A DNA stretch of 64,000 nt from Nannocystales bacterium (GTDB lineage Bacteria > Myxococcota_A > Polyangia > Nannocystales > Nannocystaceae), in the NCBI GenBank assembly GCA_050633305.1, contig JBOEGF010000036.1:87254-151253 (forward strand). The letters are read 5' to 3'. Within the stretch, counting starts at the first letter, position 1. Each line of letters opens with the position of its first letter. Positions 7,695 through 20,100 of the stretch are shown here, one piece after another. Position numbers and translations under genes: made by a program. Under the pieces are notes generated by a model. It had not been told where the DNA came from. It saw nothing but the letters and a program-made list of their open reading frames with translations, and did not search any database.

Positions 7695-9110
7695 ATGACC
7701 TTCTTTGGCCGCTGCCGTGGCCTATACATTCTCGGATCGCTCTCCGCGGCTCTGCCCGGGTGCGGGTCCACATCGCCGCAACTCGCTCGAGAGCTTCACG
7801 CCGTCGAAACGACGCTCGCCGAGCCCGTGTCCCAAGAGGACACTAAGGCTGCCTCCGGGGAATTCGACGGCACCCTCGGCGGGTACTTGGCGTACGCCTA
7901 TGCCCACAGCCCTGCGCTGCGGGCGAGCTTTGAGACCTGGCGCGCGGCGACGTTCCGCCCCGATCAAGAGCGCCGCCTGCCCGAGCCCACGATCTCCTAT
8001 GCGGTCTTTTTGCGGAGCGTGGAGACGCGGGTCGGTCCGCAGCGACATCGATTCGGAGCCTCGCAGTGGTTCCCGTGGCCCACCAAGCTGCGGGCCGGGA
8101 GCGACGCCGCGGAACTCGAAGCCCAGGCCGCCCAGCGCAGGTTCGAGGGCCATGCTCTGTACATCGCCGCCGACGTTTCGGCAGCGTACTGGACCCTGTG
8201 GCGCCTGCATCGGCAGGCCGAGGTGCTGCGCGATGAGATCGACGTGTTGCAGAGCCTGTCCGAGCAGGTTCGAGGCCGCCTTTCTGTCGGTGCGGCCGAG
8301 CTTTCGGACCTCGCGCAGATCGACCTGATGGGCTCCCAGGCTCGGGACCGGCACGCAAGCGTGCTCGAGCGTCAGCGGGTCGCGAGCATTCAGCTCGTGC
8401 GCGTGCTGGGCGCGCCGGACGACACTCCGACGCCGGTCAGTCGGCGGGAGCCCGAGGTCGCGGGGTTGGCTGAAACGCCCCAGGAACTTCGTGCGGCGGC
8501 GGCCGAGCATCCCGATGTGCAAACCCTGGCCACGCTCTCCGACGCTGCGGGGCAGCGCGAGCGTCAGGCTCGAGCCGAGCGGGCGCCGAGCTTCGGGGTG
8601 GGGGTGGATTGGATTCTCACAGGGGAGGCCCCGGCCAACCCAGGCCCTGCGGACAGCGGAAAGGACGCCGTCGCGCTTACCTTCTCGATGAAGGTACCGC
8701 TGTGGTCCCGGGCTTACAAAGCCGGCGAGGCGGAGGCTCGTGCCCGAGGGGCTGCACTGCGCTCTAGGGCCCTCGATGCCCGCAACGGCGTTGCGGCTCA
8801 GGTCGGCGAGCGTGCGGCGCTGGTGGACGACGCTGTCCGCCGGGTCGAGTTCTACGGCAGCACGCTGATCCCACAGGCCGAGACCACCTTCGAGTCCGTC
8901 TTGGCCAGCTTTGCGTCCAGCCGCGCGACAGTGGCTGAGCTCCTGCTTGCGGAGCAGGCGCTCTTGGGCCTTCGCGGGGAGCGGTTCGCTGCGCAGGCCG
9001 ACTACGGAACCGAACTGGCCCGGCTCGAGCGCGCCGTTGGCCGGCCGGTTCGCACCTCCGCTCCCACATCTCCAACACCCAAGGCAGTTTCCGATGACGA
9101 ACAACGTTGA
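7695..9110 (+). CDS. TolC family outer-membrane factor of a heavy-metal RND system
   Basis: Lipobox LPGC, AAGGA upstream of ATG, LPEP...Q.FPWP.K motifs, OEP-type helical repeats. Confidence 0.88.
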   Translation: MTFFGRCRGLYILGSLSAALPGCGSTSPQLARELHAVETTLAEPVSQEDTKAASGEFDGTLGGYLAYAYAHSPALRASFETWRAATFRPDQERRLPEPTISYAVFLRSVETRVGPQRHRFGASQWFPWPTKLRAGSDAAELEAQAAQRRFEGHALYIAADVSAAYWTLWRLHRQAEVLRDEIDVLQSLSEQVRGRLSVGAAELSDLAQIDLMGSQARDRHASVLERQRVASIQLVRVLGAPDDTPTPVSRREPEVAGLAETPQELRAAAAEHPDVQTLATLSDAAGQRERQARAERAPSFGVGVDWILTGEAPANPGPADSGKDAVALTFSMKVPLWSRAYKAGEAEARARGAALRSRALDARNGVAAQVGERAALVDDAVRRVEFYGSTLIPQAETTFESVLASFASSRATVAELLLAEQALLGLRGERFAAQADYGTELARLERAVGRPVRTSAPTSPTPKAVSDDEQR

Positions 9111-11064
9111 CCCTGAGACTTCGGATGATGACGGACCGGCGCCTGCGGAGCGAGCGGATTCACTCGACGCCGGTCCTGAAATCCCGCCAACACCCGGCGC
9201 GCAGGCGCCGGCCGAGTCCGGCGGGCTGATGCGGGCGCTGGTGTTCACCGCGGTTGGCTTCGGCCTCGGTGCGGGGGCTCTAGCGTTGTTCTCGCCCGGC
9301 GAGGAGTCGAAAGACGAAACGCACGCCCATGGCGAAGCGTCGGACGTCGCGACGACCTGGACCTGCTCGATGCACCCACAGATTCAGCTAGCTGAGCCGG
9401 GGCAATGCCCGATCTGCGGGATGACACTGATCCCAGTCTCGAACGACGCGGGCGACGACCTGGCTCTGGCGGCCGACCGCATCGTGCTCTCGGAGCGGGC
9501 ACGAGTTCTGTCAAAACTGACCACGGCCAAGGTCCGTCGTCAGGCGCATGCGACGGCCGACCTGCGACTTCTGGGAAGAATCGAGCCCAACGAGGCCTCG
9601 CTCAAGACCGTGACGTCTTGGATCGGCGGACGCATCGACAAACTACGGGTGAGGGAAACCGGTAAGCGTGTCCGTAAGGGGCAGGTCATCGCGACGCTCT
9701 ATAGCCCAGAGGTCTTTGCGGCCCATCAAGACCTGCTCGTTGCGAAGCGGCAGGTCGATCGGATGCGGGACAGCCCGGAGACCTCTCGTTGGGCCGCCGA
9801 TGCTGCCCTCGACGCCGCTCGCGAGAGACTCGCGTTGCTCGGTGTTCCTGACGCCGAGGTCACCCGGATGGAAGGCCAGAAGAAGCCAACCCGTGCGGTG
9901 GCGATCCGCTCTCCGTTCTCGGGCACGGTGATCGAGCGCATCGCCACCGAGGGCGTGTACATCACGACCGGTGCATCGCTGTATCGCATCGCCAACCTGA
10001 ACACGCTTTGGGTGCAGCTCGATGCCTACGAAAGCGATCTGGCCCGGCTCTCGCTCCAGCAGACGGTGCAGGTCTCGGTGGAGGCGGTGCCTGACGAAGT
10101 GTTTGAGGGCACCGTCACGTTCATCGACCCGATCCTCGATGCGAAGCGCCGCACGGCGCGGGTTCGTGTACAGCTCGACAACCGCGATGGCCGCCTTCGG
10201 CCCGGTATGTTCGCCGAGGCCACGGTCGCAACGAAACATCCCGAGGGCTCGCCCACGCCGCTGGTCGTTCCCTCGACCGCGCCGCTGTTCACCGGTCGGC
10301 GCGCAGTGGTCTACGTGGAGGTGGAGACCGAGGCTCGCCTTGTCTACGAGGCTAGAATCGTTCGGCTCGGGCCCAGGCTTGGCAAGTTCTACCCGGTCGT
10401 GGCGGGCCTCTCCGAGGGCGAGAGGGTCGTGACGCGAGGTGCTTTTGCGCTCGACGCCGACCTCCAGATTCGGGGTGGGGCCAGCATGATGACCTCCGCG
10501 GACGACAGCGAAGAGGGGATCTGGGACCGCGTTGTCGAGCTATCCGACGAGCAGCGACAGGAACTCGCCCCGGTTGTCACTGCGTATCTGGCCGTCCAGG
10601 TGGCGCTTGCCGACGACGACCTGGAACGAGCCAAGACCTCCGCGGAAGTGCTCTCCGATGCGGTCGTCGCGGTGAAGATGACGCGCCCGACGGAGGCCAG
10701 GGAGGCGTGGTCGGAGAGCTCGGTCGCGCTGCGTGGTCACGGGCAACATGTCTCCAAGGCACAGACGCTCGAAGATGCTCGAGCGGGGTTTGAGCCCCTG
10801 AGCGAGGCCGTCATTGGGCTGATGGGTCGATTTGGAAACCCGCTCGAGGGGGCAGTCCACCTGGCACACTGCCCGATGGCTTCACAGAACGAGGGCGCGC
10901 TTTGGTTGCAGCAGGGCACCGTGCTCGACAACCCGTACTTCGGTGCCTCCATGTTGGACTGCGGTGAGATTCGGAAGGAGGTTGGCCCGGGCGCCTACCT
11001 CAGGCCCCCCTCCGCCAGGGCGGCCAGGGCCGGGCGACCGGCCGCGGGAGGGCATCAACATTGA
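9094..11064 (+). CDS. cusB: CusB-like RND periplasmic adaptor with heavy-metal-binding domain and DUF3347
   Basis: TCSMHPQI...CPICGMTL, LRPGMFA, C-terminal HCPMA...WLQ...NPYFG.SMLDCG. Confidence 0.88.
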   Translation: MTNNVDPETSDDDGPAPAERADSLDAGPEIPPTPGAQAPAESGGLMRALVFTAVGFGLGAGALALFSPGEESKDETHAHGEASDVATTWTCSMHPQIQLAEPGQCPICGMTLIPVSNDAGDDLALAADRIVLSERARVLSKLTTAKVRRQAHATADLRLLGRIEPNEASLKTVTSWIGGRIDKLRVRETGKRVRKGQVIATLYSPEVFAAHQDLLVAKRQVDRMRDSPETSRWAADAALDAARERLALLGVPDAEVTRMEGQKKPTRAVAIRSPFSGTVIERIATEGVYITTGASLYRIANLNTLWVQLDAYESDLARLSLQQTVQVSVEAVPDEVFEGTVTFIDPILDAKRRTARVRVQLDNRDGRLRPGMFAEATVATKHPEGSPTPLVVPSTAPLFTGRRAVVYVEVETEARLVYEARIVRLGPRLGKFYPVVAGLSEGERVVTRGAFALDADLQIRGGASMMTSADDSEEGIWDRVVELSDEQRQELAPVVTAYLAVQVALADDDLERAKTSAEVLSDAVVAVKMTRPTEAREAWSESSVALRGHGQHVSKAQTLEDARAGFEPLSEAVIGLMGRFGNPLEGAVHLAHCPMASQNEGALWLQQGTVLDNPYFGASMLDCGEIRKEVGPGAYLRPPSARAARAGRPAAGGHQH

Positions 11065-14000
11065 ACGCTGATCTTCAGCCCGACGGCGACGCACCGCGTG
11101 ATGCTTGGGAGGCACTCATCGGGTGGTTCGTCGAGAACAAGCTCATCGTGTTTCTGCTTGCGACGATGCTCGTCGCCGGCGGCATCTACGTGGCGCCTTT
11201 CTCATTCGACAGTGGTTCGATGCCCCGCGATCCGGTCCCTGTGGATGCCATTCCGGACATCGGCGAGAACCAGCAGATCATCTTCACGCAGTGGGAAGGA
11301 CGCTCCCCTCGAGACATTGAAGACCAGGTCTCGTACCCGCTGACGACGGCGTTGCTCGGAATTCCCGGGGTGCGAACGATCCGTAGCTCGTCGGCTTTTG
11401 GCTTCTCGACGATCTCGATCATTTTTAGCGATGACGTCGAGTTCTACTGGTCACGCTCACGCGTGCTGGAGAAGTTGGCGTCTCTGCCGCCGGGGACCGT
11501 CCCGGACGGGGTCACGCCCACGCTCGGCCCCGATGCGACTGCCTTGGGGCAGATCTTTTGGTACACGCTCGAGGGCCAGGACCCGGAAGGACGAGCCGTC
11601 GGCGGCTGGGACCCCGACGAACTCCGGAGCATCCAGGACTGGACCGTCCGCTACGCGCTGCAGTCTGTCGAGGGCGTCAGCGAGGTGGCCTCGGTCGGCG
11701 GGTTTGTGCGGGAGTACCAAGTCGACGTCGACCCCGAGGCGATGCGGGCACACGGCGTCACGCTCGCCCAGGTGGCGGGCGCGGTCCGCAACAGCAACCT
11801 CGATGTCGGCGCTCGCACGCTCGAGGTCAACAACGTCGAGTACATGGTGCGCGGGCTCGGGTTCATCAAGACGCTCGAAGACTTGGAGGCAACCGTCGTC
11901 GTCGCTCGCGAGCACACGCCCATCCGGGTTCGAGATGTTGGGCGGGTTTCGATGGGTCCAGCGCTGCGACGCGGAGCGCTGGACGACGAGGGAGCCCCGG
12001 CTGTGGGCGGCGTGGTCGTTGCGCGCTACATGGAGAATCCGTTGGCGGTCATATCGGCGGTCAAGGAGAAGGTCGAGCAGATTCAAGCGGGCCTGCCCAG
12101 CCGCACCCTCGAAGACGGCACGGTCAGCAAGGTCACTGTCGTTCCGTTCTACGACCGGACCACGCTGATCGAAGAGACCCTCAGCACGCTCTCTACCGCG
12201 CTTTTTCAGGAGATCCTCATCACCGTCATCGTGGTGTTGGTCATGTTGCGAAACATGCGCAGCTCGATGTTGATCTCGATGATGCTTCCGCTGGGGGTTC
12301 TCGCGGCCTTCGTCGCGATGAAGCTTTCCGGGGTGGATGCCAACATCATGGCCCTGGGCGGCATCGCGATCGCCATCGGGACGATGGTCGACATCGGCAT
12401 CGTCTTCGTCGAGAACATCAGCCAGCACCTCGAAGATGCCCCGCCCGGAGCCTCGCGGGCGGTCGTGGTGCGCCGAGCCGCAGCCGAGGTCGCGCCGGCG
12501 GTCGTCACCTCGGTGCTCACGACGGTGGTAAGCTTCCTGCCCGTCTTCGGCCTTTCCTCCACGGAACTACGGCTGTTCGGACCACTCGCGTTCACGAAGA
12601 CGTTTGCGATGGGCGGAGTCCTTCTGCTTGCGTTGCTCGTGCTCCCTGGTGCTGCGCTGGTCGTGTTTCGCGAGCGCCCCACTGCGCCAGTGACCTCGAG
12701 CACGGGCATTCGCCGCGTCGCTCGGTCACTGTTCCGCGCCGAGCATGCACGGGATTGGGTCCTGCTCGGGTTGGGGGGCCTGCTTCTTCCATATTCGTTG
12801 CTGGGAGGCTCCTTCGTGCTCGGGCTCGGGCTCTATCGCCTCGCGCGACCGCTGCTGAATCGCAGGGTGAGCCGCGGCATCACGGTGGCTGAGAACCTGC
12901 TTGCCATCATCGCGGTGACCTTCTTGCTCGCCGAAGATTGGCTCCCGCTGGGCCGGGGGGAGGGGCTCGCGGCCAACGTCCTCTTCGTCGGAGGCCTCAT
13001 CCTGCTGGTGATGGGCACTTTCCGGCTGTTCGAGTCGGTCTACCCGCGGTTGCTGTCGGCCATCTTGCGACACAAAGCAGTGTTCCTGCTGATTCCAGCG
13101 TCGATGGTGTTGTTTGGAACCACCGCCTGGCTCGGCTTCGACACCCTGTTCGGCCAGCTCCCGCAGGAGATTCGCACGACAAAACCGGTGTCGGCGGTGG
13201 CGCATGCGTTCCCGGGGTTTGGGCGGGAGTACATGCCGCCCTTCGACGAGGGCTCGTTCCTGTACATGCCCACGACGATGCCGCACGCATCGATGGGAGA
13301 GGTCCTCGAGCAGCTCTCGGGAATCGACGCGGCGATCGCTCAGATCCCCGAGGTTGATCGCGTGGTGGGGAAACTCGGCCGCGCCGACACGGCGCTCGAT
13401 CCTGCGCCGCTGTCGATGTTGGAGACCGTCATCACCTACGTTCCCGAGTACAAGGTCGCCGAGGACGGGTCCCGCGTTCGGCAGTGGCGCGACCATATTC
13501 GGTCGCCCGCGGATATCTGGACCGAAATCGTTGCCGCGGCCGAGCGTCCCGGTGTCACCAGTGCCCCGACGCTCATGCCGATCGGTGCACGCATCGTGAT
13601 GCTGCAGAGCGGCATGCGGGCTCCGATGGGGATTAAGGTGCACGGCCCGACGCTCGAGGCGATCGAGGCGTTTGGGCTGCGCCTCGAAGAGGTTCTTCAG
13701 GGCGTGCCGACGATCCGTCCGGAGACCGTGTTCGCAGACCGGGTAGTCGGGAAGCCCTACCTGGAGATCGAACTCGACCGGGAGGCGATCGGCCGATTTG
13801 GATTGACCATCGTCGACGTACAGAACGTTCTGCAGGTGGCCTTGGGAGGCATGACCCTCACCCGCACCGTCGAGGGGCGAGAGCGCTATCCGGTGCGGGT
13901 CCGCTACATGAGGGAGGAGCGCGACAGTCTGGAGGCCCTCGACAGCGTCTTCGTGCCGGCCGCAGGTGGGGAACAGATCCCGTTGAGCCAGCTGGCCCAC

Positions 14001-14829
14001 ATCCAGTACGTGCGAGGTCCTCAGGTCATCAAGTCCGAGGATACGTTCTTGACCAGCTACGTCCTGTTTGACCGACAGCCTGACATCGCAGAGGTCGCGG
14101 TGGTCGAGCAGGCGCAGCAAATGATCGAAGCGAAGATCGAAAGCGGTGAACTCGAGGTCCCCGCGGGGGTCAGCTACGAGTTTGCGGGTTCCTACGAGAA
14201 TCAAATTCGCAGCGAGAAACGGCTGATGATGTTGATCCCCATCGCGCTGGCGTTGGTCTTCATCCTGCTCTATCTGCAGTTCCACCGAGTCGCGACAACG
14301 GCGATCATCTACACCGGCGTCGCGGTCGCGGTCTCGGGTGGATTCATCCTGCTGTGGCTCTACGGTCAGCCATGGTTTCTGGACTTCGAGCTGCTGGGAA
14401 CGCCGATGCGGGATCTGTTTCAGGTCCGCACGATCAACATGTCCGTCGCGGTGTGGATCGGGTTCATCGCGTTGGTCGGCATCGCGACCGATGACGGCGT
14501 GGTGATCTCCACGTACCTCAAGCAGCGCTTCGAGCAGGACCCGCCCAAAACGGTGATGGAGGTCCGGCGACGGACGCTCGAGGCTGGGTCCAGGCGTGTC
14601 CGGCCGTGTTTGATGACCACCGCAACCACGATCCTAGCACTCCTGCCGGTGATCACATCCCAGGGCCGCGGTGCCGACATCATGATGCCGATGGCGCTGC
14701 CGTCCGTGGGCGGGATGGCCATCGAGCTGCTCACGCTGTTTGTCGTGCCGGTCCTGTACTGCGCTGTCGAAGAGCGCCGGCTCGCCAAGCGCCTTCGTTC
14801 CACTCAACCATTTCCCGAGGAGACGCCTG

Positions 14830-14837
<8 letters not shown>
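11061..14837 (+). CDS. cusA: CusA/CzcA family RND permease (long form)
   Basis: [50 protein letters not shown]. Confidence 0.93.
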
Positions 14838-17259
<2,422 letters not shown>

Positions 17260-17299
17260 CCGAGTCCCGGGTCGATGCATGTCGCCACGGAACGCCGGT

Positions 17300-17575
17300 T
17301 CACTTGTCGAATCTGCGATAGAGCGGGACGAAGATGAACGCGAAGTACCAGCCGTAGAGGTACGATTCAGCGAGCCCGATGAAGAAGCCCGGGAGCGTGA
17401 GCCACTCGAAGCCCGGCAACAGCGGCGACCACGCGGTGTGCATGTGGAGACTTTCGGGCATCGCCAACCCGAACGCGATGCAGACCAGATATGAAATGCC
17501 GAGGAATGACGCCATCGCGTGTCCCAGTGGTTGGATTTGGAGGCCGTGGTTCGCGGTGGCTTCGTTGTTCGTCAT
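17300..17575 (-). CDS. DUF5676-like small membrane protein
   Basis: SYLVC...MHTAW..LLPGFEWL...FFIGLAESYLYGWY..FVPLY; GGAG upstream of ATG. Confidence 0.7.
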   Translation of the reverse strand: MTNNEATANHGLQIQPLGHAMASFLGISYLVCIAFGLAMPESLHMHTAWSPLLPGFEWLTLPGFFIGLAESYLYGWYFAFIFVPLYRRFDK

Positions 17576-18138
17576 CTCGTTCTCCCTGCGAGTTCGGCGC
17601 TCGAGGTCAGCCGAATGTAGATGTTGTAGTCGTATTTGGCGCCCACGCAGCGAGGATATGACCGATGCTCTTGCGCGGTCTTGTGACCTCATCGGTTACA
17701 TGCGGGTAGGTGTCTTCGTCTGGACTCCGGGCAGGGCATCGGGACGAAGAACGGCGCGAAGAGGCGCCGAGTTCACTACGTGCAGGCGGCCTCTCCCCCC
17801 GATAGCATCGAACACCGGCCCCTCTCGCGCTAGATTTAGGGTCGGAGCCAACTTGATGCTGTTCTACGCGACAACCGTAGGCCGCACCCACCGGCGAACC
17901 TGATGAGCGACTGCCCACAGCTTCTCGATCCCGTCGAAGGAGGGCCACGATTTCGGCCAATCCTCTGCGCCAAGCTCTTTGCTGAGCAGTTCCCCGATCG
18001 CCGCCACAAGCAGCTCCCCAGCACGGTGCCGATCGCGCTGCCCCACCGCTGAATGGGATCCATCGCCGGCATCGCGACGAACGGGCCGACCATCTGCAGC
18101 ATCAGCTTCCACCCCATCGACCGATCCCCGGGTGTTCG

Positions 18139-18275
18139 CTTCGCGCGGACGGTTTCCCCGTCGACGAGCAGGACGCTGCCCGCCCCCCACCGCTCATGCG
18201 CAAGCACATCAACATCCAGGGCGCCACGCGTTCGCTGCTCGGCAGACGCCTTCGAGCGCTTCAGAGCCCAGAGCG
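18139..18275 (+). pseudogene. Tn3-family transposase C-terminal remnant
   Basis: Frame reads LRADGFPVDEQDAARPPPLMRKHINIQG, resembling the TnpA tail (..ARLSPL..HIN..G). Confidence 0.5.
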
Positions 18276-18484
18276 AGAACTCAACGATATATGGCGGTCA
18301 CGATGTATAGCGGTCACGGCGCCGCTTTGCGCCGGATTCGGTTCCGGTGTTCCCCATGGCCCGAAACCGAGGCCTTCAGGCTGAAGGCTGCGTCAGTCCA
18401 TCCCAGCCCGCTGCAAGCCTGTGGGAAGCGCGCTACGGTCAGAAACCCCGCAGGCCGGCTCCGCGTGGGCTCTAATCCAAACCG

Positions 18485-18967
18485 ATGCGCCTTACGTTGT
18501 CCGTCTCACTGTGTCTGTCGCTCGCCGGATGCGTATCTGAGCCGGCCACTCACGTCGCCCCGATCGCGCCGGACAACTCGGCGAACCACAACGGGCCCCG
18601 GACCTCCTCCAGGAGCCGGGGTCCCGCCGATGCACCGAAGGTCAACTGGACTCGTTTGGAACCGGCCAATGTGACTCGCGTCTGCAGTGTCGCGAACGAG
18701 GACGGACGCCCGCGCCTGCGGGTCGAGGGCTGCGGTTGCGGCGAAGTCCTGTACTGCCGGATCGCCGAGCGCGATGGGGCGGCTGTGCTCGAGGTGGGCC
18801 AAGACCCCGAAACGCTGACGTTGTGTACCGCGTGCTCCCCCAATGTCCCGGCCACATGCGCGGTGCCGGCGGACTCGCTGCCACCGGCGATACGTTACGG
18901 CGGGGTCGTGCGTGGGCAGTCGAGCGCCCCAACGACCACGATCACGATCCGGCCTTGCGCTCGGTAA
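18485..18967 (+). CDS. Cys-rich hypothetical lipoprotein
   Basis: LSLAGC lipobox; CGC and CTAC motifs. Confidence 0.55.
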   Translation: MRLTLSVSLCLSLAGCVSEPATHVAPIAPDNSANHNGPRTSSRSRGPADAPKVNWTRLEPANVTRVCSVANEDGRPRLRVEGCGCGEVLYCRIAERDGAAVLEVGQDPETLTLCTACSPNVPATCAVPADSLPPAIRYGGVVRGQSSAPTTTITIRPCAR

Positions 18968-19071
18968 CTGCGTCTCATCGCTCCTCGGTCGGCCTCGGCC
19001 CGACGACTACGGCGTGCGGGGTCTCGATCTGCGCCGCGCCCACGCGATGGCCGCGATCCACAGCCCACAAC

Positions 19072-19962
19072 ATTCCCGAAAGGGAGCGGAACCGAGACAC
19101 GCTCACTGGGGAGCTCGACCTTCGAGGATAAGGTTCTCCAGCGAGCTGTGGCGATGGTGCTCACGGCGGTCTACGAGCAGGACTTCTTGCCCTGCTCGTA
19201 CGGGTTTCGGCCCGGTCCCTTCGCGCACCAAGCCCTGCAAGCGCTGTGGGAGCGGGCGACGAGGACGGCGGGCGGGTGGGTCGTCGAGCTCGACATACGG
19301 AAGTACTTCGACTCGATCGACCATGGCGATCTCCGGGAGGTCCTGCGCCGCAGGGTGCTCGATGGAGTGCTGCTGAGACTCATCGGCAAGTGGTTGAGGG
19401 CCGGCGTCCTGGAGAATGGGACGCTGTCGTATCCACGCAGCGGGAGTCCTCAGGGAGGAGTCATTTCGCCGCTCTTGGCGAACGTCTTTCTCCACGCGGT
19501 TCTCGATGCGTGGTTTGAAGAGGTCGTGCAACCGCGGATGCGGGGGCAAGTTCGGCTCTTTCGCTACGCGGACGATGCCGTGTTTGTGTTCGCACGCAAG
19601 GACGATGCCGAGCGGGTGATGGCTGTGCTTCCGAAGCGATTCGAGAAGTACGGGCTGACCCTGCATCCCCAGAAGACGAGAGTCATCGAGTTCGTGCGCC
19701 CTGACCGTCGGTCGAGGCGCGTGGGTCCGGGCGCTGGAAAGCGATCGGAGACCTTCGACTTCCTTGGCTTCACGCACTACTGGGGGCGCTCGCACGGCGG
19801 AAAACTGCTCGTGCGTCGCGAGACCGCCAAAGACCGCTTTCGCCGTTCGCTCAAGGGGATCGCGAGGTGGTGTCGATGGCACCGCCACGATGACCTCCGA
19901 GTCCAGCAGAAAGCTCTCTCAGAAGTTACGCGGGCACTACGGGTACTTCGGCATCGTCGGCC
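19072..19962 (+). pseudogene. Group II intron reverse transcriptase/maturase fragment (5'-truncated, frameshifted)
   Basis: TFEDKVLQRA, YEQDF..SYGFRP, ELDIRKYFD, PQGGVISPLLAN, RYADD, FDFLGF; GHYGYFGI in a shifted frame near 19930. Confidence 0.85.
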
Positions 19963-19984
19963 CACGGATGTGCTTCGACCCCCG

Positions 19985-20089
19985 GACGAGCGCACCGGGT
20001 TCGTGTGTACCGAGCCATCCCCGGCACTGGGCAAAGACCTCCGGCTTGCTGAACACGCGCTGCACGTCTTTGGGCTCGCAGTCCGCGAG
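19985..20089 (-). pseudogene. Short prephenate dehydratase (pheA)-like fragment
   Basis: VQRVFSKPEVFAQCRGWLGTHEPGA resembles the PDT motif (VYS(H/K)P...QC..WL). Confidence 0.5.
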
Positions 20090-20100
20090 CGGCGCTCCGG

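Noticed and set aside
7722..9248. Long antisense ORFs (also 12726-14285, 20623-21762, 52504-53979, 57357-58295)
   Set aside because: Shadow frames of real high-GC genes, with no recognisable motifs
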